Shown piece after piece: positions 46,120 to 60,164 of a stretch of DNA of 64,000 nucleotides. Made by a program: the position numbers and the translations under genes. Each line of letters opens with the position of its first letter. Position 1 is the first letter of the stretch. Source of the stretch: Lama glama (Eukaryota); the NCBI GenBank assembly GCA_028534125.1, contig CM052832.1:16370001-16434000 (forward strand). Reading direction: 5' to 3'. The notes under the pieces were generated by a model. It was not told where the DNA came from. It saw nothing but the letters and a program-made list of their open reading frames with translations, and ran no database searches.

Positions 46120-46975
46120 GAAATATTTCATGCATACCAAAGACTATATCTAATGTACAACTATATAATGGCTAAATAAACTGTGGTATATTCATACACG
46201 AAACACTCAACAGCAATGAGAATGAGTAAACCACAATGACATGCAACAAGGTTGCATCTCACAAACATAATGAGAGTAAAGAAGCCAGAAACAAAAGGCG
46301 CGTATTGCATTTATATAAAGTGCAGAAACTGGCAAAACTAATGTACAAGGTTAGAAATTAAGATAGTGATTACCTCTGGTGGGGTGGTAGCAAATGGTAG
46401 TAATCTGGAGAGGGTCTTCTAGATGCGGTAATGATATGTTCTTGAACTGGGTGCTGCTGATCACATGGATATACTCAACTGGTGCACTTTTCTGTATATG
46501 TGTTTACTGCAGTGAAAAGCTAAAGAGTTTATATATTATGTAGGTGTCAGGTACAAAGAAAAATAAAACAAACCCGTATACCTATTGAGAAACAGAATAC
46601 TATCGTTTCAAAGATGCTCTATGCTGTATAACAACATTCTAAATTCACTCTTTCACATACTTGATCGTTAAATTTTATGTGTTTTTGAATTTTATACTAT
46701 GGTGTCATGTTGTGCACAGTCTTCTGTGGCTTTCTATTTTCCACTCAATATTATGGTTTTGAGATTTGTTCAAGCTTAAGTACGATAATTCATCTTTTTT
46801 TTTTTTTTTACAGTATTTCACACGTCTTAACAATACGAAATCTTCCTATCCATGACCATGGCGTAGCTCTCCACATAGTCAAGCCTTCGTTTACCTCTTT
46901 CAAGAACTTTTGTAATTTTCTTGGTAAAATCTTGCATATCTTTTATTAGATGTATTCCTAGACACCTTTTTTGTT
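46120..46975. mobile_element. Old L1M fragments in both orientations
   Basis: AATAAACTGTGGTATATTCATAC...CTCACAAACATAATG...GGCAAAACTAAT (+) and TCTTCCTATCCATGACCATGG (-). Confidence 0.6.
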
Positions 46976-47049
46976 GCTCTTGTCAAATGCTCATGATCCT
47001 ACTCTTCGTCCCCACTGTCACTCGAGAGTCTGCCAATAAGGGATAGAAA

Positions 47050-47305
47050 AAACTAATTTACTTATGTCTGATAATTCTCTACCTCCCCGCGTTCCAAACG
47101 CCTCCGACTAATTTCTGTCCATTGCTGTACCCGTAGCTCCAAGTGCGCGAAACTCTGTTCGGGAAGCGCTGAAAATGTCTCGACTCTGCACGAGGCGGAG
47201 CCGGTACGTGCTGACGTCAAGGGCACGCAACATCTTAGAGGCCGGGGGAGGGCGGGGCCGTCAGGGGGACCTGCTGCTGGAAGAGCAGCGGCCCGGCCCG
47301 GGGCC
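47050..47305 (+). promoter_or_regulatory. ABHD16A CpG-island promoter with a full CRE
   Basis: TGACGTCA at 47212-47219; GC box GGGGGAGGGCGGGG at ~47244. Confidence 0.75.
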
Positions 47306-50300
47306 ATGGCGAAGCTGCTGAGCTGCGTACTAGGCCCCCGGCTCTACAAAATCTACCGGGAAAGGGACTCTGAAAGGGCCCCGTCCGGCGTCCCTGGGAC
47401 TCCAACTTCAGTCACTACCCCCCCTTCCAGCTCCTGGGTGAGTCGAGTTCTCCCCTGGTTAAAAACATAGTATGGCCCAAACCCCTTTGCGGCCTTTGCT
47501 CCCCAGAAGCGCCCATTATTGGAAATAGGGGGAGCCTGCTTGTCAAGCCAGTTGTCCGCAAAGTCTGCGCTCTTTGTGCTTCCTGGGTTAAAGTCACCCT
47601 GTGGACTGGCCGTCTGTTTTATCGCTGTTTGCCAGTGCTTTCTCATTCTGACTACCACTCCTTTTTCCTCTCGCGGCCCCTCACCCTACCCGTCGTGGTT
47701 CCTGCGGGTCCCAATTGACTCTTAAAAGTCCTGGAAGAGACCCTGCGCGGATTCCGGAGCTGGGTGATTTTGCCATTACGCTCTCCATTTATTCTTACTC
47801 AGTGCCTCACTCGGTTCCGCTTATCCTCCCCGGCCTTGAATTTCAAAATGATTTCTTCAACGTATCGTGTATCCGCTCTCCCCTCACCCCACCCCCAGCC
47901 TACTTTGGAGACCCCAGGATCACTGCGTTCCTGAAAGCTGGGGTGGTGGTAGGCTGTGCCCCTAAATGTTGTCTTCCTTTTTATCGGGAGTCTCAAATTA
48001 TGTTTATTGTCCTCTGCAAACTGCCCACCTCCAGCCACACCTACTCCTAAATAACAAACAAAAACCCACTCTTATTTCTGGCTCTTCTTTCCCTTTAAAA
48101 GTTGTCATGGTGTCTTTTCCTTCTCTAACCCCTCTCCCATATGCAAACAACCCATTTAAAACTGCATTGTGAAAAAACAAGAGTCGTCCAATGTTGCTTT
48201 CACTTTTCCTTCCAAGTCCAGCCCCCCGTGTTTGTTCCTCTGGTCTGGAGTGGGAAAGCAGGCTTTCAGTTGTGATGGGGAAGGGAGGCTTCCTTGGGAG
48301 CCAGAGATGTCCCAGGAGAGATGGCTTTGGGGGCTAGAACCAAAGGACACACATCAGGGCTTCTGCAAGGGAAGGGGGAGAACTTGTCAATGAGCGGGGT
48401 CCTTAATTCCACCATCTGTTTTGGCAGGATACGTACTATCAGCCCCGTGCCCTCGAGAAACATGCTGACAGCATCCTGGCACTGGTATGTCTGCCCCGGG
48501 CATCTGAGACTACTACTGCATCTTTTCAGAGCCAGTTGCCCTCCTGAACTTTCTCCTCCCCAGCCTAGGAGAAGGCAGCGCCCTTGGGGGTGGGGAATGC
48601 TCTGGGCTTTGCAGCAGACATCTCCAACACACACACATAGACTGCTCTCAAACGCGCATACTTGGTACTCCCCTTTGGCATGTGCACTGCTTTCTCTGGG
48701 GCAGCCTGAGCCATGAAGAAACCCTTTACTCTTGGGACCATCCCCAGGTGCTGGGTCCTGCAGTCCCCAGTGACCTGTCCTCCCTGGCAACTAACCTCTT
48801 TGGCTGCAGAGACAGCTGTTGTCTCTGGCAAGGTTCCTGTGGTGATGTTTGTGCATCTCTTGGGGACAAGGCCAGGGGCTGTCCTGAGCAGAGCTGATTG
48901 AAGAGGCTTGATTGACTTGAGTAGAAAAAGAGACTGGCCTTAAGATGTGATGAAATTATGTCCGGAGATGACTAGATGAAGAAAATAGAAACTGTACCTA
49001 GTTTTCCCAGCCTGTGTTATGCTCTGACACACTGCTTTTCAACAAATAATTGAGCACCTACTGTGTGCATGGTGTCATGCACAAGGTAGGTACTTGATAT
49101 GATATTATCCTTCAGGTTATCCACTTTGCTCAGAGCCTAGGCCTGGAAATGGCAGACTTGTGTGTGCGTGCATGTGTGTGTGTGTATTGATTGCTTGTCC
49201 CTGTCTCTCTGCTGCAGGCTTCAGTCTTCTGGTCCATCTCTTATTACTCCTCTCCCTTCGCCTTCTTCTACTTGTACAGGAAAGGTCAGTGTGGTTTCCA
49301 AGGTGGTGGGACAGGAAATGGGCAGGTTGTTGGCAGCTGAGCCCATCTCCTAAAGGGGAAAGGGAACCTGTGAGGATGGCTTGGCTTCCCTCTTCCATCA
49401 GGCATCTTCTTCCTCTGAGGGCGTGGCTGTCCCCCAAAGAGGGTGTGGGGTGGAGACTGGGGCCAAACTGGGAAAGGAGCTGAGGGTCAAGGGGGAAAGC
49501 GTCTCACATAATCACTCTCCCATCCAGGTTACCTGAGTTTGTCCAAAGTGGTGCCATTTTCTCACTATGCTGGGACATTGCTTCTACTACTGGCAGGAGT
49601 GGCCTGCCTCCGAGGTAGGTGGAGAGGGACCTGGTTTGGACCTATCCATCACTGGGTAAATATTCATTAAGTACCTTCTGCAAATATAATTTGGTGCTGG
49701 TCTCTGAGGGGGAGTAATTAATGGTCAAGGCATGATCTTTTCCTTAAAGGGCTTGAGTCGTAAATAGAAACAAATAATTGGCAGAAACATTTGCTGTTAC
49801 CTAGAAAAGATGCATATACCCTACAACAGTTCCATATATATCCATATATATGTTTGTAATAACCCTAACTGGACTGCATGGCCCCGAATAGCAGGATGGA
49901 TAAATACATTAGGGGTATAGTCCTGCAACAGAACGCCATAGAGCAAGGCAGACACACAGACTATAGAGTTACACTCAGCAACACAGATGGATCTCAGAGG
50001 TGTTATGCTGAGTGAAAAATGCTGACCACCAAATAGTTCATGCAGTATGTTTCCATTTATATGAAATTCAACAGGGATGCAGATCTAAGTGGTAAAACAC
50101 TAAAGAAAATCACAGGCATGGGTATCTTGAAAGTCAGGAGACTGCTTACCTGGAATGGGGAGGGAACAGGCCGAGGAGGCCTCCTGGCAGGAGATGGCTT
50201 TGTTCTCTTTCTCATCCTGGGTGATTGGTACATGAATGTTTGTATCTTTTAAGCTGAATGTATGTTTTATGTACATATGTTATTATCTCACAATTTTAAA

Positions 50301-53300
50301 AATGGAGAGACAAACCAAATCATTGCCCTCTGGTGGGTGCACATGATGAAAACCGGGGGAGGGGGGTCCTGAGAAGGGAGTGGTGGGGTCAGGAGCTGGA
50401 TGGCTACAAGTGGGTCCAGCCCGAGGTGAGGCCCTTCTGCCTGTTCTGTCTCCTGATCACCATGGGGCTGGGCTCCCTCCTTAGACAGGCCCTCCCTGAT
50501 CACCCTGCCTAAAAATAGATCCCACTCCTCTTCATTTTTTTAATCTGGGGGAAAAATTCAGTCCAGAGAACAAAATACCAAAAAGAACTAAAATGTTTGT
50601 GTTTTGTGCTATTGCTTCAAATATGTTTTGTCAGTAAAATACTAAAGCATTACAGATAGAGTTGACATTCCCACCTAAATCTAACCGCAGTCACACGTTC
50701 CTCTTTACCCAGAAGTAGCCACTGTCATCTGGTGTAGGTTTTCTTCCTGGTCCATATTTTTTACTTTTACACAATATATACCTCATTCCATTAAATCTAA
50801 GCAGCTATAAATTGTAAAACACACACTGATTTCAGAGTTTTCAAATATGAAAAAAAATAGGCATTTTAAAGTCTGCGACATGGTGAGTATAAACAATATG
50901 TAGCATTTGGGGGGCGCATTTTACCTTTTTAGCACAAATGGCATCATTCTATCTGAATAATCCTGCAGCATGTTTCATTCTCAGTATTGTCTGGGGGCTC
51001 TCCCCTTGATAACACAACATTCTAGTTCATTCTGGTTTTATTTTCTTTATAGCACTTACGCTTCTCTGAAATGTTCCTGTTTACTCATTTACTGTCTTTC
51101 CCCAGCCCCACCCCACCCCCAACCGAAAGGCCAGCTCTCTGAGGGCCGGACCGGTGTGTCTCACTTGTTTCCTGCTGTTTCTCCCACATCAGAGCAGTGC
51201 CTGGGGCATGACTCCTTCGGGTCAGAGGGAGCAGAGAAGTCAGGGTTTGAGACTCCTTGGCAGTCATGGGAGAGCAGGTGCAATCGCTGAGGGGCCAAGT
51301 GAGGAGAGAAGAGAGCCCAGTGTTAGGAATGGCTTTCGATTCCGAGAGGGACGTAGAAGGGAGGCAGGAGAGGAGCAGTCCAGGAACTGAATGAGGCAAA
51401 GATGGACCCAGGAAGCAGAAGAGAAAGGAATCCCCAGGGACAGGAGGAGTGCTGGGTGGCACAGTTAAATGAGAATGAGGACAAGGAAGGGCACTCAGAT
51501 TCAGCGCGGACATAATTATGGGGCTAGAGCAAAAGCTGTGAGGCCAGATGGCAGGGAGTTGGACTATACAGAAAAGAGGGAAAGGTGGCATCAGGGATGG
51601 GTGGAGTAAAAAGAAGAGAGACCCAGTGTTAGCAAGGGCGAAGCGTGCGGGCGTGTGACAGTGTTTTACGACTGGGGAGAATGAACGTCCTGGAGGGTAG
51701 AAGGTCGATAGTCTATAAAGAAAAACAGGAGAAGTTAGGGGACGAATGCTTTCGGAGGATTACGGAGAAAGGGAGTTGGCTCAGGTCTCCTGTTTCCCCA
51801 GCTCCAGGGCCCTCTATTCCTTTTCCTCCCACTTCTCCTTCCAGGGTCTTCTCCAGCTCCAATTCTCTTCCTGAAACCTACTCATCTTGCTTCCCAGTTT
51901 TCCTAACACGGTTTCCTATCCTCTCTCCACCAGGCATCGGCCGCTGGACCAACCCCCAGTACCGGCAGTTCATCACCATCTTGGAGGCGACACATAGGAA
52001 CCAGTCTGCGGAAAACAAGGTGAGAGGTGCCGCTGCCTCCCCGGAGCACTGGTCCGGCTTCTGTTGGGTGCAGGGGTGTGTTTTGCTTGCATGTCACTGG
52101 ATATCCTCTCCCCTCCACAAGTGACCTGTCTGCCCGAGGAATTTTTCCACCCTCCCACTTCTGATGAAATATTCCACTAGAACAATCCCCCACCCTCCAC
52201 CTGCAAGAATTGTCTAGATGTGAAACATTCCACAGTGTTTCTTAGAAAGGGGTTTTCTCTTCATCACAGCGGCCCATTCTGTAAATGTCTGTTTATTTTT
52301 TGCTGTGTGCATTGAACACTGAGCTGGTTTTGTTGAGGGACAGGACGAGATGGACAGGTATATCCATTCTCACGCCCAGGAGTACTGTCTGGCGCCAGGA
52401 GGGACAAAAGCCAGGGCAGACTGTCCTTGGATTTGTTCCAGCCCTGCCACTGCTGGAGTGTGATTATCTTTGAGAAGGGGCCTTGGGGCCCTATAAAGCT
52501 CTCTCCTGGAGCAAAGGGGTTTCTGGGATCAAATAGCTATGACCACTGTCATCATATTACGGGTCACCCCACACCACCACTTAGGGAGCTGTGTAATATG
52601 CTCTGCCATGCCGCCGGCTGAGGCATTTGGGATACACCATTTCTAGTCCTCACACAACCACATAAGGTGACATTATTGCCCTTATTTATATGTCTGAGGA
52701 AACAGAGGCAAAAAGAGGTTACATGACCCAAGCGGAGTCACCCAAGCAGGGAAGTAACTAAGAGCATTTGGGTCCAGGTCTGAACAGAGCTTGCCTGAAA
52801 TGGGCTTTTCTTTGTTTTGTTTTGTTTTGCCATTTACATTTCTGTACAGTTTTTCTATTGCTCTCTTTTAGTCCAGCTATTTTTGAAAATGTCAAAAAAT
52901 TCCTGTGACAGAAAGTAAAAAAACTATTCTCAAAATAGAGTGCGGGGGAGCTCTCAGGGTGCGGGAAGGAATACGGCAGAGTGGAAGACATCGCTCTTGC
53001 TGCCCTCAAAAAGCACGGGGGCTGACTCAGTGGGGTGAACGGAGGCACAGATGGTCTGGGTGGCGTCACCGGCCCGTGGCTGCAGGAGTTGAGGGAAGGG
53101 AGGTGGCCATGAGGATGGAACAGTCAGAGAGACTTCATTCAAGTGGTGGCCTGGTGCAAAGGAGCTACTGTGGGTGTGACTTTCCCCTTCCCTCCCTCCT
53201 CACCTTGGGACAGACATGTTGATCCTTCAGGATTGCATCATGTATAGGACCCAGGTGGGAAAGGGAGCCTTACCAGCCAGCAAGCCCCCATCCCTTCCTT

Positions 53301-56300
53301 CTGAAGCACCAGCACCTCCAGCCACCCTTTTTGGGGGTGAGTCAGTCTTAGATTTTAGAAAAGCAAAGAGTGTTGGGTCTCGCTTCTAGACGAGGGCAGA
53401 CAGGCTGGCCTGGGTGTCTTGCTTGATTTTTCTGGCCCTGGCAGAGCTTTCCACCTGTGAACCAGAGAGTGTCAACCTCTGCTTGTCTCCCTACAATGTG
53501 TGGGGACCAGTCCCCTGGATGATGCGAGTGTCAAGGGTGGGTAGGTGGGCCTCCACCTACTCCCCTTTTCATGGTCTCCCTCTTCTCTCTCGACCTCCCA
53601 CAGAGGCAGCTTGCCAACTACAACTTTGACTTCAGGAGCTGGCCAGTCGACTTCCACTGGGAAGAACCCAGCAGCCGGTGAGGCCCCAGTTCTTTCGCTC
53701 CATCCCTACTCTGACCTGTCCCCCACCTCCACCCTCTCTGGGTTCCAGTGCCTGCCTTCCAGCGCCATCTCCTCATTCTTCGACCCCACTGTCCGTCAGA
53801 CCTCAGACGTCCAGCTTGCTGCTCCTGACCCCATCTTCCCCTTCATCTTTCCATTCTTCAGGAAGGAGTCCCGGGGGGGCCCTTCCTGCCGGGGCGTGGC
53901 CCTGCTCCGCCCGGAGCCTCTGCACCGGGGGACGGCCGACACCCTCCTTGACCGGGTCAAGAAGCTGCCCTGTCAGATCACCAGGTGGGGAGCAGAGGGA
54001 GCAGAGGGCTGGCAGGGGTGGAGGGGCATGGGGCGCAGGCTCTGGGACTGGGTGCTCCGTTGTTAGATAACTGTCAGTTATTGAGCCGAATGTTGTATAC
54101 ATCATATTATTTGTAGCCGAGTAATTTTGATTCACATTTCTGTGTGAAAAGAAGAGGGTCAGATGTCCAGAGTCTCACAGGAGGAGCGTGAAGAGCTGGG
54201 ACACAAGGCAGTTGTGTCTGACTCAGCAGCTGTTTCAGGGAGGCTGAGAGAGAAGAATGAGGTTGCAGGTGGGGAGGGAACCCATAGCCTTAGCGCAGCA
54301 GGGTCTGGTGGCAGCTGCGGCCCTACCCTGGCCCCTCTGCTCCTTGGTCATTCCGCCTCGAAGGAACTACATTTTCTGTCTCCGTGAACAACTTGCTCAC
54401 AGGGTTGGTGAGATTAAGTAGGTAACATATTCAGAAGTGCTTCCACCTTGCCTGGGTGGCCTGGGAGCACGAGGTGAGGCCCAAGTAAAGTGCAGTTGTG
54501 GACACTGATGACATCTGAAGTAACACCAGTGACCACCCGGATCTTACAGTGGAGCGGCACTGTGGGAGTTCTGTTGCTAGGGCCTGGGGGGTGGGTTGTG
54601 GGCTTCCAAGGAAGGGGTGGACTTAGTGGTCGGTTGTTGACCATGTGCTGATTGACCAGAGGGGCAAGCCAAGTGTGAGGTTTTGAGGGGGCTGTTGGAA
54701 GGGGTTGTACAGTGTTGTTCTGGGGACAAATCCTACTCCAGGATTAACTAGAAGTGCTTAACTGTCTTTTTCAGGAACAGCACCTGCCACATCTTATGTG
54801 TCTAGATTAGTACATTTGTTCAAGAAATATTTATTAAGCCCCTGCTCTGTGCCAGGCTCTTAGCACTTACCACGTGGCAGACATTGGGAATGTCGCAGTG
54901 ATCAGTATTACTTATTTCGGGACTTCTAATAAATTGTATTTATATATTATCAGAATCATAATTGTTAATTACCTTGCTTTTACTTATCGTATATAGAAAG
55001 TGTTATCTCATAAAACTTTCAGTATTATATGTGCATATGCATGTACCAGGCCATGATATAAAGTATCTTTGAAAAGTTGCAGTGAAAAAGTTTGAAAAGT
55101 TGGTACATATATTATTGTTTCATTAAGTCCTGAAAGGGGAAAAATGAAGCTGTGAAGGTCAAGGGTGAGGCAGGCCCCAGAGTCTGTGAGTGCTAGGGCT
55201 GGGATGGTCCCAGGGCCCCACTGGGGTTGGGGGTTCATTAGACCCATATTCCCCACAGCTACCTGGTGGCACACACTCTGGGGCGCCGGATGCTGTATCC
55301 TGGCTCAGTGTATCTGCTCCAGAAGGCCCTCATGCCTGTGCTGCTGCAGGGCCAGGCCCGGCTGGTGGAAGAGGTAAGGCTCCCCTTCCCTTTCCCCTCC
55401 ACAGCCTTTCTTCCCTGACCTGGGATGTGGCCTCCTGCCCGTCCAACCTGGCTATTGCATCTCCCACACTCAGTGTAACGGGCGCCGGGCAAAGTTGCTG
55501 GCCTGTGACGGCAACGAGATTGACACCATGTTTGTGGACCGACGGGGGACAGCTGAGCCCCAGGGACAGAAGCTGGTGAGAGGGAGCAGGGAGTGCAAAG
55601 GCAGAATGTGGGGAGGGCAGTGGGGGTTCTGGGGATCTCAGTTCTACAGCCCCTAAGGAAGCACAGTGGGGATAACCCCATCTCCCAGCTCCACCCTAAA
55701 GACCTCTTGGTGCAGGAAATCCCTGTGATAGGGAAATAGATGAAGAAGTAGGAGCTGACACGCAAGGATCAAAAAAGTCATCATCGTAACAGTTGCTGCT
55801 GAGACAGCACATACACGTGCAGGGCATATGTTTGATCTCACAGCAGCCCTGTAAGGTAGGTACCGTTTATATTAGCCCATTTTACAGATGAAACTGAGGC
55901 ACAGAATAACTTTCCCAGATCACACAGTTAGTGAGTGGGAGAGCTGGATTTGAACCCAGGTAGCCTTGCTCCGAAGTCTCCTGCATCCAGGCCGCAGCCC
56001 GGGAACGAGCACTGAGCCAGCAGTACAGGGAGCTGGGCTTTAGTCCTGGCTCTGCCCAGCTGCTGTGAGGGTCTACGTAAGTCCCACCATATCTGGGCTC
56101 TGGCTTCGGGCACCAGTAGAGTATATCTGGCCACAAGTCTGGAGCCCAGGAGGGAAAGGGAAAGCACTTGGCATACCACGTGAAAGAACAGTCACAGAAA
56201 AAATAGGCCCAGAAACCAGAAAGGGAAAAAACATCCATAATCCCATCCTGAGAGCTATCCAGGTGGTGGTCTTCCAAGGAAAAGCGGACACTGTGCTGGG

Positions 56301-59300
56301 GGGGTTGAGCATCTCAACTCAGATCATTTTTCTTTCTCTGAGGGCTCAGCTTGCTAAGCACTTTTCTTCTCACTTCATGGACCCTGTGAAATGAGATGTT
56401 TCCATTCCCCTTGGAGAGAACAGGAAACGTGAGCTTTCCTCTTCCCTAGGAAGCTCCCACAGGCTGCCCTCCCTGCCACTAGGGGGATGTTCGGTTCCAA
56501 CTTCGCTCCTTCCTGCTCCCCCTGTAGGTGATCTGCTGTGAGGGGAACGCGGGCTTCTATGAGGTGGGCTGCGTCTCCACACCTCTGGAAGGTAGGCCCA
56601 TGCCTCAGGCCTCTTTTCTCTGCCCCTTGGAATGGAATGTCCCAGCTTCCCAGGGCCTAACCACTTTCTCTGGGAGAGGTTTTAGACCCTTGCCTTTGGG
56701 GCAAAGTGTATTCCCGATTTGCTTTGCTAAACTTACATCCCTCCCCTTGGGCTGTGTCCCTAACCTCATTATGCTCCTTGTTCTGTTCCGCCCCCAACAA
56801 TCACGTATCTCTCCCTTCTGCTGCCTCAGAACCTTTGGTGTCATGTCTCCATTCTGGGAATGCTTGGAGTTATTTGCCTGAGTTGGGGGGCTGTTTAGAG
56901 CTCCATTGTCCTGTGGCTCCTTCTTCCAGAGCTGGGGCAGGGGGCAGACGTGGGCAGTAAAGTTCCAGCCCTTCCATACCCTGTGTTACAGCTGGATATT
57001 CAGTCCTGGGCTGGAATCATCCAGGCTTTGCTGGAAGCACGGTGAGACCTTCTCTGGAATCCCTTCCTCTTCCTGAATGATGGTCTGTCTCCCTCTGGTC
57101 AGCTCCTGGAGTCAGGGAAAGTCATGTATATTTCTGTGGGGTCTCCCACTCACTGTGACCTGGGTGCCAAGAGCAGGGGGCTGCAAGCCCCCTTCTCTCA
57201 CACTGAAGGATTGGCAGGAGCAGGGGAGGGAGGACCTTGCTGTAAATGACTGGTTTCTAGAGAGAAGAGCCCCTTCCACCACCCTATTCTTTTCTTTTCT
57301 TTTTTTTAGGGTATTTTCCCCCTCTTTTTACTGATTTTTTTTTATCATTACATTTATTTTTACTTGGAGGGGGGGTAATTATGTTTATTTATTTATTTTT
57401 AAGGGAGGTACGAGGGATTGAACCCAGGACCTCATGCGTGCTAGGCACACACTATACCACTGAGCTGTACTCTCCCCGACTCTTTTCTTCTTTTTAAATG
57501 CCACTGACAGTAATTTATTCTTCCATGAAATAAGACTACAGATTTATTCTTCCATGAAATAAGACTGTAGCACTCTGAAATGTCTGTTCAGAGCTGCAGT
57601 TCCATCTTCTCTGTTGCAGGGTAGCTGCAGGAAGGGTCCATGCTGGGTGGGTGGGGGTGGCAGGCAAACCAGCCTTTGGTGCTGACCCACTCAGCACCCT
57701 TTGCCCTTCTTCCTGCAGGGGGTGCCGTTCCCGCAGAACGAGGCCAATGCCGTGGATGTGGTGGTCCAGTTTGCCATCCACCGCCTGGGTTTCCAGCCCC
57801 AGGACATCATCCTCTATGCCTGGTCCATTGGCGGCTTCACCGGTAATGGCCTCTCTCCTACCCCCACAGCACAGGCACATTCATGCCATCTCCATGCTAC
57901 CCCCCAACCCAGGAGAGGTGGGGAAATGCACTGGTGGCCCAGGAGTGGGGTGGAGGCTTAAAGAAAGGGATGGAACTGGGATCTCTGAGTGGGTCTGGAG
58001 GAAGGTATCCTATTCATATACACTTCATATTTCCTTCCACCCTTATGCCCAGTTATTAAAAGAGGTAGACCTGGGTCCTGGGATGGGGAGGTCAGGGAAG
58101 TGAATGTTTCCTCTGTGTATTGTCTTCAGTGTACTTTGTTCTCTCTCCATCCTCTCCAGGCAGAGCCCTGGCTGAGTGAAGTGAGGGGTTAAGGAGAGAC
58201 CTGGGACTAACTTAGTAGGGAGGATGGGGTCCGCCTACAGGATCAGTGGGATGAGGGTGGGGGTGGTGGGCAGGAGCCCCTTGATCATCACCCTTCTTCC
58301 CTGTCCTGGTACCAGCTACGTGGGCAGCCATGTCTTATCCAGACATTAGTGCCGTGATCCTGGATGCCTCCTTTGATGACCTGGTGCCCTTGGCCTTGAA
58401 GGTCATGCCAGACAGCTGGAGTGAGTGCAGGGAAGGGGTGGGCTGGAACTGGGAGATGTTCTAATTGGAGATGGTTCCCCTTTCTGTGGGTGGGGAGTAG
58501 GTCACCCTGTTGAGAAGCAGGAGGACTCCCCTGTCTGGGGACCTCAGTTTTCTATCTCCATGAATAGTAGGGACCTTTGTGTTGGGCAGGGGCTTTGTGT
58601 CTGCTGTCGCTTCACTTTTATCTCACTCTAGGGGGACTGGTGACCAGGACCGTGAGGCAGCATCTCAATCTGAACAACGCGGAGCAGCTGTGCAGGTGAG
58701 GGCAGGCCAGTGTCCGGCATATAACACCTTTCCCCCACCTCACCCCACCATAGACATGATGCTGTGTATTCAAATGCTGAAATTAGTAGTAAAGTGCAAG
58801 CTGGCAAAAGGCCACTGACCCACATCCCCTGAGTGACCCTGCCATCACCCCAGCAGACCCAACCCCTCCCAGCTTCCCTGGAATCCTGGACCCTCCCATG
58901 ATCTGGTAACCAAACAGTTCATACCTGGCATAGCAGGGATCTCCCAGCAAGGCCTGCCTTTGAGCAATGCCCACTCTTAAGTGTTCGGACTCTCAGCCCT
59001 GGGTGAAGGGCTTGCCTGGGTGAAGGGGCCCTGCTGTAGCAGGGGGTAAGAATGCAGCCAGTGTAGGGGTGGGGTGGCAGTGTCTCCTGTCTCCCTCTGA
59101 GCTCTCCCTCCCTACTACACTGCCCTCTGAAGGTACCAGGGCCCTGTGCTGCTGATCCGCAGAACCAAGGATGAGATCATCACCACCACGTGAGTGCCTG
59201 GGAACCTCTGCCCTCCTGGATCCCAGAGACAGCTAGGAAGTTGTCCCTCCTCCCTCTGCCCTCCAGAAACCCAGGTGTCCAGACCCTCCCTCCCCAGCCT

Positions 59301-60164
59301 CCAGCCCCTCCAGTGTACATTCTTCTCACCCCCCAGGGTTCCTGAGGATATCATGTCTAACCGAGGCAATGACCTCCTGCTGAAGCTCCTGCAGCATCGG
59401 TGAGAGCCGGGGTGTATGTGTGTGCTGTCACCAGCGCAAGGAGGGCGGGGAGAAGGGTCAGGGATAAGAAGTGCAGAGAACTGGGTCCCGACCTCCTGCC
59501 TTGGTGCTCCCTCTGTAGGTATCCCCGTGTGATGGCAGAGGAGGGTCTTCAAGTGGTGAGGCAGTGGCTGGAGGCCTCCTCACAGCTGGAGGAAGGTGAG
59601 AGGGGACCCACTGAGGCCTTTGTTGGGGGCCTAGCAGGGCCAGGTTGCTGATGGGCACTCCTCTCTCTCCATAACCAGCCTCGATTTACAGCCGATGGGA
59701 GGTGGAGGAGGACTGGTGCCTGTCCGTCCTCCGCTCCTACCAGGCTGAACACGGGCCTGAATTCCCCTGGAGTGTAGGTAAGTAGTCCCGGGGCAGGAGA
59801 GGGGGCTGGGGATGAACACCCAGGTGCATGGCTCAAGTTTGAGCGTCTCCTCTCTGCAGGGGAGGACATGAGTGTGGATGGACGGCGGCAGCTGGCTTTG
59901 TTTCTGGTGAGCTCCAGGGTGGGAAGCAGGAAGGGGGTGCCTGAATGGCCAGGGGGCACATGTGGGGCTTGGGAACAGGGTACCCCATAAGCATTGGAAG
60001 CGACATCTTTTGTAGAGTTGGCAGTGGGTTTGGAGGGTGTCTGTGCTCTGCACCCCACCTGTCCCACCCTCTCCCCTCAGGCTCAGAAGCATCTGCACAA
60101 CTTCGAGGCCACACACTGCACCCCACTCCCAGCCCAGAATTTCCAGATGCCCTGGCACCTCTAG
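47306..60164 (+). CDS. ABHD16A: Phosphatidylserine lipase ABHD16A (BAT5), 20 exons, 558 aa
   Basis: Exons 47306-47437, 48428-48484, 49218-49284, 49528-49614, 51934-52019, 53604-53677, 53862-53984, 55259-55373, 55474-55575, 56528-56591, 56992-57041, 57719-57842, 58316-58420, 58632-58695, 59133-59189, 59337-59399, 59519-59595, 59679-59777, 59860-59906, 60081-60164 (1677 nt). MAKLLSCVLGPRLY...nucleophile AWSIGG...FQMPWHL*. AATAAA at 60386. Confidence 0.98.
49467..49527 (+). ncRNA. Sequence orthologous to the human mirtron-type MIR4646 locus (function here unproven)
   Basis: ACTGGGAAAGGAGCTGAGGG...GTCTCACATAATCACTCTCCCATCCAG ends at the ABHD16A intron-3 acceptor; similarity is from recollection of the human hairpin. 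Confidence 0.35.
49780..50300 (+). mobile_element. Old L1ME-like 3' fragment
   Basis: GGATGGATAAAT...GATGGATCTCAGAG..TTATGCTGAGTGAAAAA...TTCCATTTATATGAAATTCA. Confidence 0.6.
55800..55990 (-). mobile_element. MIR SINE
   Basis: CCCATTTTACAGATGAAACTGAGGCACAGA...GTCACACAG-like...GGATTTGAACCCAGG core. Confidence 0.8.
57290..57477 (-). mobile_element. tRNA-derived SINE (same family as 4822)
   Basis: Reverse complement reads GGGGAGAGTACAGCTCAGTGGTATAG...GGGTTCAATCCC...(AAAT)n. Confidence 0.85.
57513..57570. repeat. 29-bp near-perfect tandem duplication
   Basis: ATTTATTCTTCCATGAAATAAGACT at 57513 and 57542. Confidence 0.9.

Noticed and set aside
57513..57570. Direct repeats (also at 41586 and 30767) as a CRISPR-like array
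   Set aside because: Only two adjacent copies without spacers, in a eukaryotic intronic context; simple tandem duplications.
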